A stretch of DNA of 64,000 nucleotides from Dehalococcoidia bacterium (GCA_965220375.1 OZ244824.1:200406-264405), one strand, 5' to 3'; shown: positions 19,283 through 28,773, numbered from the stretch's first letter. Notes: generated by a model from the letters alone, not told the origin. Made by a program: numbers and translations.

Positions 19283-19406
19283 AGGGGCACACGCCAAAAG
19301 CAAACGGAACCAAGCTACCCTCTCCCTAACCCCTCCCCCTGTACAGGCCCGGGAGCTGGGCAACACTTGTTCGGGGACATAGGCAACACATGTTCTGGGA
19401 CATGTG

Positions 19407-19862
19407 CTACACCCGGCGCTGCAAGGCTCTGCGGGCTTCCCTCTCCCGGTCCCGGTCGATGATGGCTCGACGCTTATCGTGCAGCTTCTTCCCCCTGGCC
19501 AACCCCAGCTCTACCTTGGCCACATGGTTCCTGATATAGAGCTTGAGGGCAACTATAGTCAGTCCTTTCTGGGCCGCCTCCGCAGCCAGATGGGCCATCT
19601 GCTCCCGGTGCAGAAGCAGCTTTCGCGGCCGGGTTGGCTCGTGATTGTATATACCACCCGCTGGATAGGTCGATATGTGGGCATTGATGAGCCATAGCTC
19701 TTTTCCTTGAGGCTTTACGTAGCCTTCCCGGATGTCCACCCGTCCTGCTCGGATGGACTTGATCTCGGTCCCCGTCAGCACGAGGCCCGCCTCCACCCGC
19801 TCCAAAATCTCGTAGTCGTGAAGGGCTTTTCGATTGAGTGTGACCATCTTGTCCCCAGCCAT
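19407..19862 (-). CDS. smpB: SsrA-binding protein SmpB
   Basis: 151 aa. NRKALHDYEILERVEAGLVLTGTEIKSIR .. NHEPTRPRKLLLHREQ .. GLTIVALKLY is the canonical SmpB pattern. Confidence 0.92.
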   Translation of the reverse strand: MAGDKMVTLNRKALHDYEILERVEAGLVLTGTEIKSIRAGRVDIREGYVKPQGKELWLINAHISTYPAGGIYNHEPTRPRKLLLHREQMAHLAAEAAQKGLTIVALKLYIRNHVAKVELGLARGKKLHDKRRAIIDRDREREARRALQRRV

Positions 19863-19866
19863 GGCA

Positions 19867-21075
19867 TCAACTACCTGCCTGGATTAGCTCTTCCAGCACC
19901 TGGATGGCCGCCTCCATCTGGAGGTCATCGGCGCTATCCTCGTCCTGTAGAACTTCAACGTCGGGGGATATGCCTTTGCCCTCCAGCAGGATTCCTCCGG
20001 GGGTGTGCCATCGGGCGGTGGTGAAGTACACACCCGAGCCGTCATTAAGGCCCCTGAGGGTATTTACGCTGCCCTTGCCAAAGGTGGTGACCCCCACCAG
20101 CGGGACCTCTTCCCGATCTCTCAAGGCCCCGGCCAGGACCTCACTGCCGCTGGCGCTTCCTTCATTAATCAGGACCACCAAGGGCGCATTGTTCAGGGTT
20201 GTGCCGGCTGAGGCCTCCCATTCTTGATGCCTTCCTTCTCCGTCCACCTCGTACAAGATCAGGCCGCCATCGATGAAGTGGCTTATGACATCAACCACGG
20301 ACTGGAGCAGTCCCCCGGGATTGTTTCGCACGTCGATGATAAGCCCCCGAGCTTCCGTGATATCCTCCAAGGCTTGGCCCACCTCGGAAGGTGTGGTTTC
20401 CGTGAAGGAGTTTATGGTGAGGTGGGCTATGCCTCCGGGCAGAGAGCCTAACTCCACGCTACTCAGCTCCACTTCGTCCCTGACGATGGTCAAGGTTACA
20501 TCCTCATCCTCACGCCTGATGCCCAATACGACTGGCTCCCCCTTCGGCCCTCTTATTCGGCTGACCACCCGCAGCAAGCTCCAGCCCTCTACATCTTCGC
20601 CGTCAACCTCCTGGATCACATCCCCCGGCTGGATACCTGCCTTTTCGGCTGGGCTGTCGGGAAGGGGAGCGATTATCGTCACCTCTCCTTCTCGGATGCC
20701 AACGCTGGCGCCGATGCCCTGGAAGGACCCGTGAAAGTCTTCGGTCTCGATGGCATATTCGGAGGCAGTGAGGAAAGCAGCGTAGGGATCGTCCAAGCTT
20801 TCCAACATGCCTTCAACAGCTGCTTGGCTAATCTGGTCTGCATCCAGGGTATCTCCGAGCAGGTGCTCTCCTTGCAGCAGTTCCCACACCTCATATACGC
20901 GTGCGAACTCTCCAGGAATGTCGGTCGGCAGGCTGCCTACAAGCTCGTCTTCTTTGGTTGGGGCAGCCGCATCATCGTTGAGAAGGGTGAGAACGGCGAA
21001 GACAGAAAGACCTATCACCACCGCAGCGAGGGCGATGAGTCCGGTCGGAAGGACAAAGTTCTTGAGGTAGCGCAA
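19867..21075 (-). CDS. S41 family carboxyl-terminal processing peptidase with PDZ domain
   Basis: 402 aa. It has an N-terminal TM anchor, a PDZ region (GIGASVGIREGEVTIIAPLPDSPAEKAGIQPGDVI), the catalytic Ser context NEGSASGSEVLAGAL, and Lys in TFGKGS. Confidence 0.85.
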   Translation of the reverse strand: MRYLKNFVLPTGLIALAAVVIGLSVFAVLTLLNDDAAAPTKEDELVGSLPTDIPGEFARVYEVWELLQGEHLLGDTLDADQISQAAVEGMLESLDDPYAAFLTASEYAIETEDFHGSFQGIGASVGIREGEVTIIAPLPDSPAEKAGIQPGDVIQEVDGEDVEGWSLLRVVSRIRGPKGEPVVLGIRREDEDVTLTIVRDEVELSSVELGSLPGGIAHLTINSFTETTPSEVGQALEDITEARGLIIDVRNNPGGLLQSVVDVISHFIDGGLILYEVDGEGRHQEWEASAGTTLNNAPLVVLINEGSASGSEVLAGALRDREEVPLVGVTTFGKGSVNTLRGLNDGSGVYFTTARWHTPGGILLEGKGISPDVEVLQDEDSADDLQMEAAIQVLEELIQAGS

Positions 21076-21221
21076 GTCTATGGATTACACCTTTGAAGGG
21101 TCGAGGAGCAGCGGTTGCCGTTCCTTTCCAGTATAGCATGGCCCCAGGTTCTTCCCTCGTTGATAGCCAGATACCGCCATGTTAGAATTGCGGCCATATT
21201 TCAGCCTAAGGACGTTTTGTT

Positions 21222-22478
21222 ATGCCCCAGTCAAACCAGGCCTACCATCTAATAAGAGGAGGCTTCCTGTTCGATGGAAGGGGCGGTACGCCCCTTGAGA
21301 ATGGGGCAATTCTCCTCCGGGGAGACAAGATCGAGGCCATCGGGCCTTCCCACGAGCTGGCCGCCCCCGAGGGCGCCCCTGTAGAAGTGCATGAGCACCC
21401 CGAAGCCACGATCATGCCGGGGCTGGTGGATGTGCACACTCACCTGAACTATCCGGGTGATGGGACCCACACCAACGATGTGATGGCGGAACAGGATGAC
21501 ATCCTGCTGATGCAATCCATTGCCAACGCCCGTCAATATCTGCGGTTGGGAGTGACGACCATCCGGGACAACGGCTCCAAGCACGATACGACCTTTTCGC
21601 TGAAGGAAGGCATAAGGCGTGGTCTGACCGACGGCCCCCGCCTGATGTTGTGCGGCAATGCCCTGACCATCACGGGCGGGCATATGTGGCAGAACGGGGC
21701 CGAGGCCGATGGAGTGGATGAGGTTATAAAGGGAGTGCGCAGACTGATCAAGCGGGGAGCGGACTATATCAAGGTGGCCGCAACCGGTGGGAGCACCCTG
21801 GGCACATACCCGGAGTTGCCTGCCTACAACCTGGACGAGCTGAAGGCCCTCACTTGGGAGGCGCACAAGTTCAAGCGCCTGGTAGCCGCCCATGCCCATG
21901 CTACCGAGGGCATCATGAACTCCCTGGAGGCCGGCATCGACATGATCATCCACTGCACCTTTCGGGAAGCTGACGGGTCGGCAAGGTATAGGGAGGATGT
22001 GGCCGCCCGGCTCGCCGAAGCGGGGGCTTGGGTGAACCCCACGCTGTACCAGGTCACCGGCGCAGGGCCACGGCTGGACCTGGCAGAAAAGGAAAACACG
22101 ACGGGCCTGACGGGAGACGACCAGGAGAGGTACGACGGGCTGAAACGCCAGTGCGAAGACCGCCTCATCAACATGAGGAAGATGGCGGACGCAGGGGTCA
22201 AGTTTGTGACGGGCACCGATTGCGGATGGGGGCCCATGCCCTTCGACCGCATCTTCAGCGAGATGGACCTGATGGTGCAGGGAGGTCTCAGCACACGGCA
22301 GGCCGTTCTTTCAGCATGCAGGGATGCCGCCGACTCCCTCGGCCTGCTGGACTCTATAGGCACCCTGGAAGCCGGCAAGCAGGCCGACGTGGCCATCTTC
22401 GGGGGGAAGCCCTACGAAGATGTGAACGACATCGCAGACGTCGTGGCCGTATTCCGGGGTGGGAGCAAGGTCGTCTAG
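21222..22478 (+). CDS. amidohydrolase family metallohydrolase
   Basis: 418 aa. It has the HxH metal motif in LVDVHTHLNY, plus IKVAATGG, AAHAH and a C-terminal GTLEAGKQADV. Substrate unknown. Confidence 0.75.
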   Translation: MPQSNQAYHLIRGGFLFDGRGGTPLENGAILLRGDKIEAIGPSHELAAPEGAPVEVHEHPEATIMPGLVDVHTHLNYPGDGTHTNDVMAEQDDILLMQSIANARQYLRLGVTTIRDNGSKHDTTFSLKEGIRRGLTDGPRLMLCGNALTITGGHMWQNGAEADGVDEVIKGVRRLIKRGADYIKVAATGGSTLGTYPELPAYNLDELKALTWEAHKFKRLVAAHAHATEGIMNSLEAGIDMIIHCTFREADGSARYREDVAARLAEAGAWVNPTLYQVTGAGPRLDLAEKENTTGLTGDDQERYDGLKRQCEDRLINMRKMADAGVKFVTGTDCGWGPMPFDRIFSEMDLMVQGGLSTRQAVLSACRDAADSLGLLDSIGTLEAGKQADVAIFGGKPYEDVNDIADVVAVFRGGSKVV

Positions 22479-22519
22479 CTCCTCACATAGCTATCAAACC
22501 CAGTGGGAGGGAATGTTCC

Positions 22520-23860
22520 ATGTCGAACTTTGATATCGTCATAACCAATAGCACGGTAGTTACCCCTGCGGGAATGCAGCAACTGGATATCGGCATCGCC
22601 GACGGCAGGATATCAGTCTTGGCGGCCCCCGGCTCGGAACTGGAAGCGGCCCGAACCGTCGACGGAGGGGGCCGCTATACCCTCCCCGGCTGCGTCGACT
22701 GCCATGTGCACACCAGGGATCCTGGACAGACTCACAAGGAAGACTTCAACACCCTGACCCGGGCGGCTGCTTCGGGGGGCGTTACCACCATCATGTGCCA
22801 GCCCACCACCACGCCGGCAATCAACAGCGCAGACATGGTGCACCAGGTAGCCGAGGACTGGCCCAAAAAGGCGGTGGTGGACTTCACCATCCAGGCAATG
22901 GCTGAACCGGGAAACATTAACGAGATCCCGGGCATGCTTGAGGCGGGAGCCGTCTCCATGGAGTTCCTGGGACAGGGTTCCACGGGCCCTATGATGATGG
23001 ACATCATGAGGGCGGTGCATGAGGACGGGGGCATCTCCAGCATGAGCGCCTCCGACGGGGGCCACTCCCAGTTCATGCGCCAGCACCTTCAAGATTCGGG
23101 CCGGGTGGAAATCCGGGACTGGCTGGGAGCCTGGCCCCGGGAGAACGAGTCCGTCGGTGTGGCAAGGGTGCTCCTCCTAACCGAGAACACGCCCTACAGG
23201 TTCCACTTCCACATGATAACGACGAGACGCTCCCTGGAGCTAATCAGGGAAGCCAAAGAGAAACGCCCGGGCAGCTTCACCGTCGAGACCAGCCCCAAGT
23301 ACCTGCTCCTGACCGAAGAGGACCATGTAAGAATGGGGGCTTTCGGTACGGTCCTGCCCCGGTTCAAGACCCCCGATGACAACGCCGCCGTCTGGAGCGG
23401 CCTGCTGGACGGGGCCATCGACATGGTGGCTACGGACCATGCCCCTCACGCCCGAGCCGAGAAGGAAGAAGGGTTCCGGGATATCTGGAAAGCCCCGACA
23501 GGCGTGCCGGAGGTTGAGATCTCCCTGCCCCTTATGCTGACCCAGGTCAACGAGGGCAGGCTGTCCCTCTCCCAGCTTGTGAAGGTGATGAGCGAAAACC
23601 CGGCCAGGGAGTACGGCATCTATCCCCAGAAGGGAACGCTCCAGGTGGGGTCGGATGCAGACCTGGTGCTGGTGGACCTGGAGCGGGAATCGACCATCGA
23701 CGATGGGGCCTTGGTGACAGCTCCCAAGTACTCGGCCTTTGGCGGGACGCAGGTCAGGGGAACGCCCGTCATGACCATGGTGCGGGGGAATGTAGTCATG
23801 GACGATGGGACCGCAGCCGAAGCCCCGGCAATCGGCCAGCTTGTGAAGCCCCGGCGATAG
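22520..23860 (+). CDS. dihydroorotase/allantoinase-like cyclic amidohydrolase
   Basis: From ATG 22520: MSNFDIVITNSTVVTPAG.., VDCHVHTRDPGQTHKEDFNTLTRAAASGGVTTIM, MVATDHAPH, GSDADLVLVD. The ORF-track start at 22028 overlaps the upstream gene and was rejected. Confidence 0.75.
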   Translation: MSNFDIVITNSTVVTPAGMQQLDIGIADGRISVLAAPGSELEAARTVDGGGRYTLPGCVDCHVHTRDPGQTHKEDFNTLTRAAASGGVTTIMCQPTTTPAINSADMVHQVAEDWPKKAVVDFTIQAMAEPGNINEIPGMLEAGAVSMEFLGQGSTGPMMMDIMRAVHEDGGISSMSASDGGHSQFMRQHLQDSGRVEIRDWLGAWPRENESVGVARVLLLTENTPYRFHFHMITTRRSLELIREAKEKRPGSFTVETSPKYLLLTEEDHVRMGAFGTVLPRFKTPDDNAAVWSGLLDGAIDMVATDHAPHARAEKEEGFRDIWKAPTGVPEVEISLPLMLTQVNEGRLSLSQLVKVMSENPAREYGIYPQKGTLQVGSDADLVLVDLERESTIDDGALVTAPKYSAFGGTQVRGTPVMTMVRGNVVMDDGTAAEAPAIGQLVKPRR

Positions 23861-23890
23861 CAGCCCAATGCCAAGACGGACCATTCAATT

Positions 23891-24877
23891 ATGGCGCTCC
23901 TGATAACCAACGCGGAGGTCGCCAGCCTCCTCACCATGGAAGATGCCATAGATGCCGTGGAAGAGGCATTCCGGCAACTGGCCTTGGGGGGAGCAAGCAT
24001 GCCCCCTCGCATCTCCACGCCTCCCCCGGAAGGCCCCGGCCATTCGTACCTGCGATGGCTTATGCCGGGGACCATTCACGGGCAGGGCATCATGGGTGCC
24101 AAGATACTTGTAGCCTCCTCGCCCGGCACCACACCGCTGAGGCGCGCGCGGTTCATCCTACTGCTGTTCGACTCGGCCAATGGAGAGCTGCTGGCGATGG
24201 TGGACGGAGAGGACATCAGCCGCATTCGCACAGGGGCTGTAACGGCCGTCGGCATCAAGCACCTGGGGCGCAAGGACTGCAGAAAGCTGGCCCTCTTCGG
24301 CTCGTCCAAGTACGCGGCGATGCAGGGGGTGGGCGTCTGCGCTGTGAGTCCAGTCCAAGAGATCAGCGTCTATAGCCCTAACCCGGAGCACCGGCAGAGC
24401 TTTGCCGATACCCTGGACCCCGTGGTGCCCGCCGAGGTTATAGGCGTGGAATCCGCCGAGGAAGCCCTGTCGGGCGCCGATATCGTGGTCACCGTCACCA
24501 ACGCACGGGAGCCCATCTTTTCGGCAGACCACATCAGACCGGGCATGCACCTTAGCGTGGTCGGCTCCAGTATACCCGACATGCGTGAGGTGGATGAGGC
24601 GACCCTGCACAAGAGCAAGGTCGTGGTCGAGTTCATGGACCAAGCCCTCAAGGAAGCCGGCGACCTGGTGATTCCCATATCCCAGGGAACTTACGACAAA
24701 TCAGACATATACGCCGAGATGGCAGATGTGGTTGGCGGGAAGGTCCCCGGCCGGGTATCCGACGATGAGATCACCCTCTTCAAGTTCAATGGCATCGCCA
24801 TCGAGGACATGGCCTGCGCAGGGAAGGTGTACCAGCTGGCTAAAGAGCGAAGCATAGGCCGCCAGTTCGACTTCTAG
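23891..24877 (+). CDS. ornithine cyclodeaminase / mu-crystallin family protein
   Basis: 328 aa, with the typical layout and motifs (RTGAVTAVGIKHL, LALFGSSKYA, NGIAIEDMA). Confidence 0.8.
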   Translation: MALLITNAEVASLLTMEDAIDAVEEAFRQLALGGASMPPRISTPPPEGPGHSYLRWLMPGTIHGQGIMGAKILVASSPGTTPLRRARFILLLFDSANGELLAMVDGEDISRIRTGAVTAVGIKHLGRKDCRKLALFGSSKYAAMQGVGVCAVSPVQEISVYSPNPEHRQSFADTLDPVVPAEVIGVESAEEALSGADIVVTVTNAREPIFSADHIRPGMHLSVVGSSIPDMREVDEATLHKSKVVVEFMDQALKEAGDLVIPISQGTYDKSDIYAEMADVVGGKVPGRVSDDEITLFKFNGIAIEDMACAGKVYQLAKERSIGRQFDF

Positions 24878-24882
24878 GGTTA

Positions 24883-25734
24883 ATGAACGTAACAACTTCT
24901 GGGGGCCGAATGAGCTGGTACAAACAGCTTAGCAATCAGCGAGGTAGCCAACCGCGTTGCATTCTGACGGTGGAAGGTGATCCAGGAGAAGTTGCCAGAC
25001 GTCTGACGCACATTGTGAATCTCCCCGATTTAGGCGTTTCTTCGAGCGACAACTGGATGCCATACGGAAAGCCCGTGCGCAGAAACAATGCTTGGGACAT
25101 CACCCCCGCGAGGGAGGTTGAACTGGACAAGCCAAACAACCTCGTGAGCCATCAGGTACAGCTGCAACTCAAAAGATGGTGGCTCGCGGTCCCCGGTAGG
25201 GGTAGGGCGACGACGACTCCGAACTGGGACATCGCCAGCCCCTGCACCATCAAAGGCAGGCCGGGGCTTCTTCTTATTGAAGCTAAGGCGCATTCAAACG
25301 AGTTAAAGAACGATGGGAAACCACTCAGGTCGGATGCGTCTGCTAACAGCATCAAGAACCACGACCGGATTGGATTGGCGATTGGCGAGGCCGCAACCGA
25401 ATTCCGGCGAGTAACAGGAAAACGTTGGGATATATCCAGAGACCACTATTATCAGCTATCCAACCGGTTTGCATGGTCGTGGAAGCTGGTCTCTCTTGGC
25501 ATACCTGTCGCACTACTTTATCTTGGATTCTTGAACGCTCAGGATATGGCCGCTGACGGACCTGTGTTTCCATCTGAAACCTCGTGGGAAGGTGCCATGA
25601 GGGACCATAGCCTTAGTGTTGTAGATCAGGCATGCTGGGGGGAGTGGCTCAAGTTTGACGGCGTACCCTTCATTTCCTTGATCCGGGCAACCGAACAACC
25701 GTTTAATCCTGAATACGAGGAGAAAAAGAGCTGA
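24883..25734 (+). CDS. hypothetical protein with PD-(D/E)xK-like nuclease motif, in a low-GC islet
   Basis: 283 aa. NWDIASPC...GLLLIEAKAHSNEL fits a D...ExK arrangement. I recognise no family. G+C is visibly lower than in the flanks. The start could be Met-10 (24910). Confidence 0.5.
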   Translation: MNVTTSGGRMSWYKQLSNQRGSQPRCILTVEGDPGEVARRLTHIVNLPDLGVSSSDNWMPYGKPVRRNNAWDITPAREVELDKPNNLVSHQVQLQLKRWWLAVPGRGRATTTPNWDIASPCTIKGRPGLLLIEAKAHSNELKNDGKPLRSDASANSIKNHDRIGLAIGEAATEFRRVTGKRWDISRDHYYQLSNRFAWSWKLVSLGIPVALLYLGFLNAQDMAADGPVFPSETSWEGAMRDHSLSVVDQACWGEWLKFDGVPFISLIRATEQPFNPEYEEKKS

Positions 25735-25972
25735 TCCCACTGACCACGAGTAGCATTACAGACATTCGACAACCTTCAGAGGCATACAGGCTATAACGAA
25801 CGAAGGTCGCCAAGGGCTCGTTGCATCAGCCAAAGGTTAGATTTAGTAAGCCCATATGCTGCTCTTGTGCATCCCAATCTGAGCCAGGTCTACGGAAAGC
25901 ATCGATTTCCCTGGCAGCATCAACTACTCCGGTTCCCTAGACGGCACCGTCCATTACACAATAGTTCTCCCA

Positions 25973-26665
25973 CTATCCCGACAGCAGCGAGCCGTAGCCC
26001 CCTATCTTGTCGTCCAGGTCCACCAGCTGCATGGTCCTCCACAGCAGGGCTTGGTTGGTGCCGATGACCGGCTTGCCCAAGTCGTCTTCCAGCTGCTGAA
26101 GGATGGGAAATGTCCTCAGGTCCGTAGCCAGCAGGCAAAGGGCATCCGCATCTTTCCGGTCCGCCTTCCGTGCAAGACGGTAAACTACTTCCGTCGATAT
26201 GCGGTTGACCTCTTTCTGGTCCGCCACGCTAGCCGTCTCAATTGATACGATGTTGAAACCATCCTCGGCGAAGGAACTCTTCACCAAATCCAGTCGGTCC
26301 TCGGGATAGTGGCAGACCATGGCGATGTTCTTGGCTCCCTTGGCCCTCAGGGCTGTCTTTACAGCCCCCGTTGCCGTTGCCGTGGGAAGGCTGGTGCGCT
26401 CCGTTGCATCTTTCTCCCACTGGTCGGACCCCACGAGGCTGGTCGCCATGCATGCGTAACCGATGGCGTTGACCTGGCTGCGTGCCAAGCTGTCCAGTCC
26501 CTCGTTGTCCACATCCTTGATGCGTCCGTCCCGTGCCTTGGACTTGAAGACGAGCTTTGTGAAGTGGAAAGAAACGCCCTCAGGGACCACATGGTAGAGC
26601 TCCGGTTCGATAACCGTGTTGTTCGCAGGGGTGATGAACCCGATTTCGGCCCGCCATCCGTACAT
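25973..26665 (-). CDS. Asp/Glu/hydantoin racemase superfamily protein (maleate isomerase / arylmalonate decarboxylase-like)
   Basis: 230 aa. It begins MYGWRAEIGFITPANNTVIEPE.. and has two Cys-containing half-sites (YACMATS; ALCLLATDL). Confidence 0.7.
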   Translation of the reverse strand: MYGWRAEIGFITPANNTVIEPELYHVVPEGVSFHFTKLVFKSKARDGRIKDVDNEGLDSLARSQVNAIGYACMATSLVGSDQWEKDATERTSLPTATATGAVKTALRAKGAKNIAMVCHYPEDRLDLVKSSFAEDGFNIVSIETASVADQKEVNRISTEVVYRLARKADRKDADALCLLATDLRTFPILQQLEDDLGKPVIGTNQALLWRTMQLVDLDDKIGGYGSLLSG

Positions 26666-26782
26666 GTAGAACCCCCTTTAGAAGGATATTGGTGTGCTGT
26701 TACAGCCCCGTAAGCTTTCTGGATTATAGCACTGCACCGGACCACCCCGTACCGGCTCGGCGATGGGATACCCTCAGCCGAC

Positions 26783-27904
26783 TTAGCCTCTCAACACCCG
26801 CTCGAAGACGTAACGGCCCAGGTCCCGGTTTTCATTGAAAGAGAACCCCTCGAAGTCGCCGTTGTAACCGATGATAGGCACTTCCTGTTCGGTGGTGGAA
26901 CCATGGCTCCTAAGGGCTTGGGGAAGCTCCACTTTAGCCGGGTCGCCAAACACCGTGTCCTTCTCTCCAACCACAACCAGGTCACCTATCCTGTCGGGAT
27001 GCAGTTTGAAAGCAGCGACCGCTTCCTCCCTGGAGAGAGCGTGGAGTACGCCGTTGGTGTCTCCCAGGATTCCTATAGCATCCTCCGAGTACCTGGTGTC
27101 CAGGTACACATATACGCATCCGCCAAGGTTGGAATGATGTACCACGTAGCGGTCCTTGATGATGGGCACAGCTGTTGCAGGGATTCCGTACCTGGACAGG
27201 ACGGCTTCTACATCTACCATGCGAGTCTTGCCGGCCATTCCATGATCGGCGGTGACCAGGATAGCTGATTCCGGGTGGGAGTCGGCGAGCCTGCCAATAG
27301 CTGAGTCGAGGATCGTAGCGTGCTGCTGGGACCGGGGATCTTCAGGAGGAAAGGTGTGCATAGCATAGTCGGTTGTTGTTATGTAAATGATGTCGTATTC
27401 CCTGACTGACATGGCGTAGTTGGCCGCGTTGATCACCCAACCGTTGACCTCCAGGGAGTATATTTCCGGGGCAGGGCCAACAGCTTCGACTATCCACCCG
27501 GGGGGCGCCTCCGAGGAGATGGCCGTGCCTGCCCCTTGCCCAAGGAGACTGCACAGCTTGTCCTTGGATGTGGCCAGCAGGGAGTCCAGTCCCAGCCTGC
27601 CGGCCCTCTGAAAGAAGGTTTCAGCAAGGATGTACTCAGCCGATTCGGTGTAAACGTCCTCTTCACCGCCGCCCTTGTGCCAGTAGTTGGAACAGATGCC
27701 ATGGATTTGAGGGTAGCTGGCGGTGAGTATGGAGACGTTGTTTACGTTGGTTACCGACGGGACCATGCACTTGCCGATGGTCGCAAACCCGCGCCTCCCC
27801 ATCTCTTTAAGGTTGGGCATGTCGCAGGCATCCAGGTACTCAGGGTCGAAGCCGTCGATACAGATAAGAATCGTATTCTTGGGCAAGACACTCCCTTCGG
27901 GCAC
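26783..27904 (-). CDS. alkaline-phosphatase-superfamily phosphodiesterase / nucleotide pyrophosphatase (phosphonoacetate hydrolase-like)
   Basis: 373 aa. Motifs: ILICIDGFDPEYLD, PSVTNVN, TTDYAMH and TADHGM, which are metal-site motifs of the superfamily. Confidence 0.7.
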   Translation of the reverse strand: MPEGSVLPKNTILICIDGFDPEYLDACDMPNLKEMGRRGFATIGKCMVPSVTNVNNVSILTASYPQIHGICSNYWHKGGGEEDVYTESAEYILAETFFQRAGRLGLDSLLATSKDKLCSLLGQGAGTAISSEAPPGWIVEAVGPAPEIYSLEVNGWVINAANYAMSVREYDIIYITTTDYAMHTFPPEDPRSQQHATILDSAIGRLADSHPESAILVTADHGMAGKTRMVDVEAVLSRYGIPATAVPIIKDRYVVHHSNLGGCVYVYLDTRYSEDAIGILGDTNGVLHALSREEAVAAFKLHPDRIGDLVVVGEKDTVFGDPAKVELPQALRSHGSTTEQEVPIIGYNGDFEGFSFNENRDLGRYVFERVLRG

Positions 27905-28067
27905 TCCGCGGTGAAGGAACCCAGGATAGAGCCTGATTTTAGCACGTCACGCGGTTCCTCCCTTGCCATTGAAGAGACCTTTGAACAATGTCACAATATC
28001 CGCCCCCTTACCATCCTTCCCACCGCCTCACCGTCGTTCCCGCTAAAGGAGACCTTTGCGTAACCTG

Positions 28068-28130
28068 GGCTGTCCGTTCGCCCTGAGGTACTCGAAGGGG
28101 AACGGACAGCTGTAGTTGTGTCTTGAGTAT
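28068..28130. repeat. single complete REP-like palindromic unit
   Basis: GGCTGTCCGTTCGCCCTGAGGTACTCGAAGGGGAACGGACAGCTGTAGTTGTGTCTTGAGTAT. The arms GCTGTCCGTTC / GAACGGACAGC are perfectly complementary, and the tail is shared with 47570-47600. Confidence 0.85.
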
Positions 28131-28341
28131 TCCCGCTCTCGCCGCCTTGGGGTGCGGTCTGGGGAGTTATGCAAGAGTCTCCTAATGCTGCAACCTCCGT
28201 TGGCTCACGCCACGGCGATGAGGGTATAGACTCCCGCTTTCGCGGGAGTGTCGGGTCTAAGGGTGAAAGCCTCCCATATGGCGCCCCCAGCAGGTGTATA
28301 ATTTGTCGGAGCTAGGACCAAGGAGGAGCTAAGGAGGAGCT

Positions 28342-28659
28342 ATGGAAGCGCTGATGGTAACCATCCGGATCAAGCCCGGACACAAAGAGGCATTCATGGA
28401 GTCGATGCTGGACGATGCCAGGGGGTCGGTGAACGACGAGCCAGGATGTCTTCGCTTCGACATCATCCAGGACCAGGAAGACCCCAACCGAATATTTCTG
28501 TACGAGGTTTACCGGGACAATGCCGCCATAGAAGCCCATCGAGCGGCGCCCCACTATCTGAAGTGGCGGGAGACGGTCAAGGACTGGTTCGATGGCGAAC
28601 CGGTGCGGGCAAGATGCTCGACCGTGTTCCCCACCGACGCCGACTGGGCCCGCTCCTAA
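28342..28659 (+). CDS. antibiotic-biosynthesis-monooxygenase (ABM) domain protein / putative quinol monooxygenase
   Basis: 105 aa. It shows the ferredoxin-like ABM pattern (EPGCLRFDIIQDQEDPNRIFLYEVYRDNAAIEAHRAAPHY). Confidence 0.75.
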   Translation: MEALMVTIRIKPGHKEAFMESMLDDARGSVNDEPGCLRFDIIQDQEDPNRIFLYEVYRDNAAIEAHRAAPHYLKWRETVKDWFDGEPVRARCSTVFPTDADWARS

Positions 28660-28744
28660 CCCTTGCTTGAAACTGATCGGTGTTTCCGTTGCCGAATCAC
28701 TCGGCCGCTCTCAACCCCGACCTGGGTCGAAAATGGAGGCCTCA

Positions 28745-28773
28745 TTGCATGGCTCTTGGGGTTATGCTATAAT
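28745..28773 (+). promoter_or_regulatory. candidate sigma-70 promoter TTGCAT-N17-TATAAT for rpsO-pnp
   Basis: TTGCAT at 28745-28750 and TATAAT at 28768-28773, preceded by TGC (extended -10-like). It lies about 40 nt upstream of the rpsO start. Confidence 0.5.

Noticed and set aside
18557-19406. Searched for tmRNA (ssrA) or another RNA gene next to smpB.
   Set aside because: I found no tRNA-like acceptor/T-arm end (GGTTCGA.TCC...CCA type) and no tag reading frame, only hairpins and repeat copies. No tRNA-like sequences were seen in any other intergenic region either.
22028-22519. The N-terminal 164 residues of the ORF-track entry 22028-23860.
   Set aside because: They overlap the 3' part of the amidohydrolase gene in another frame and are Arg/Gly-rich nonsense. 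Homology to cyclic amidohydrolases begins at Met 22520, which has GGGAGGGAA upstream.
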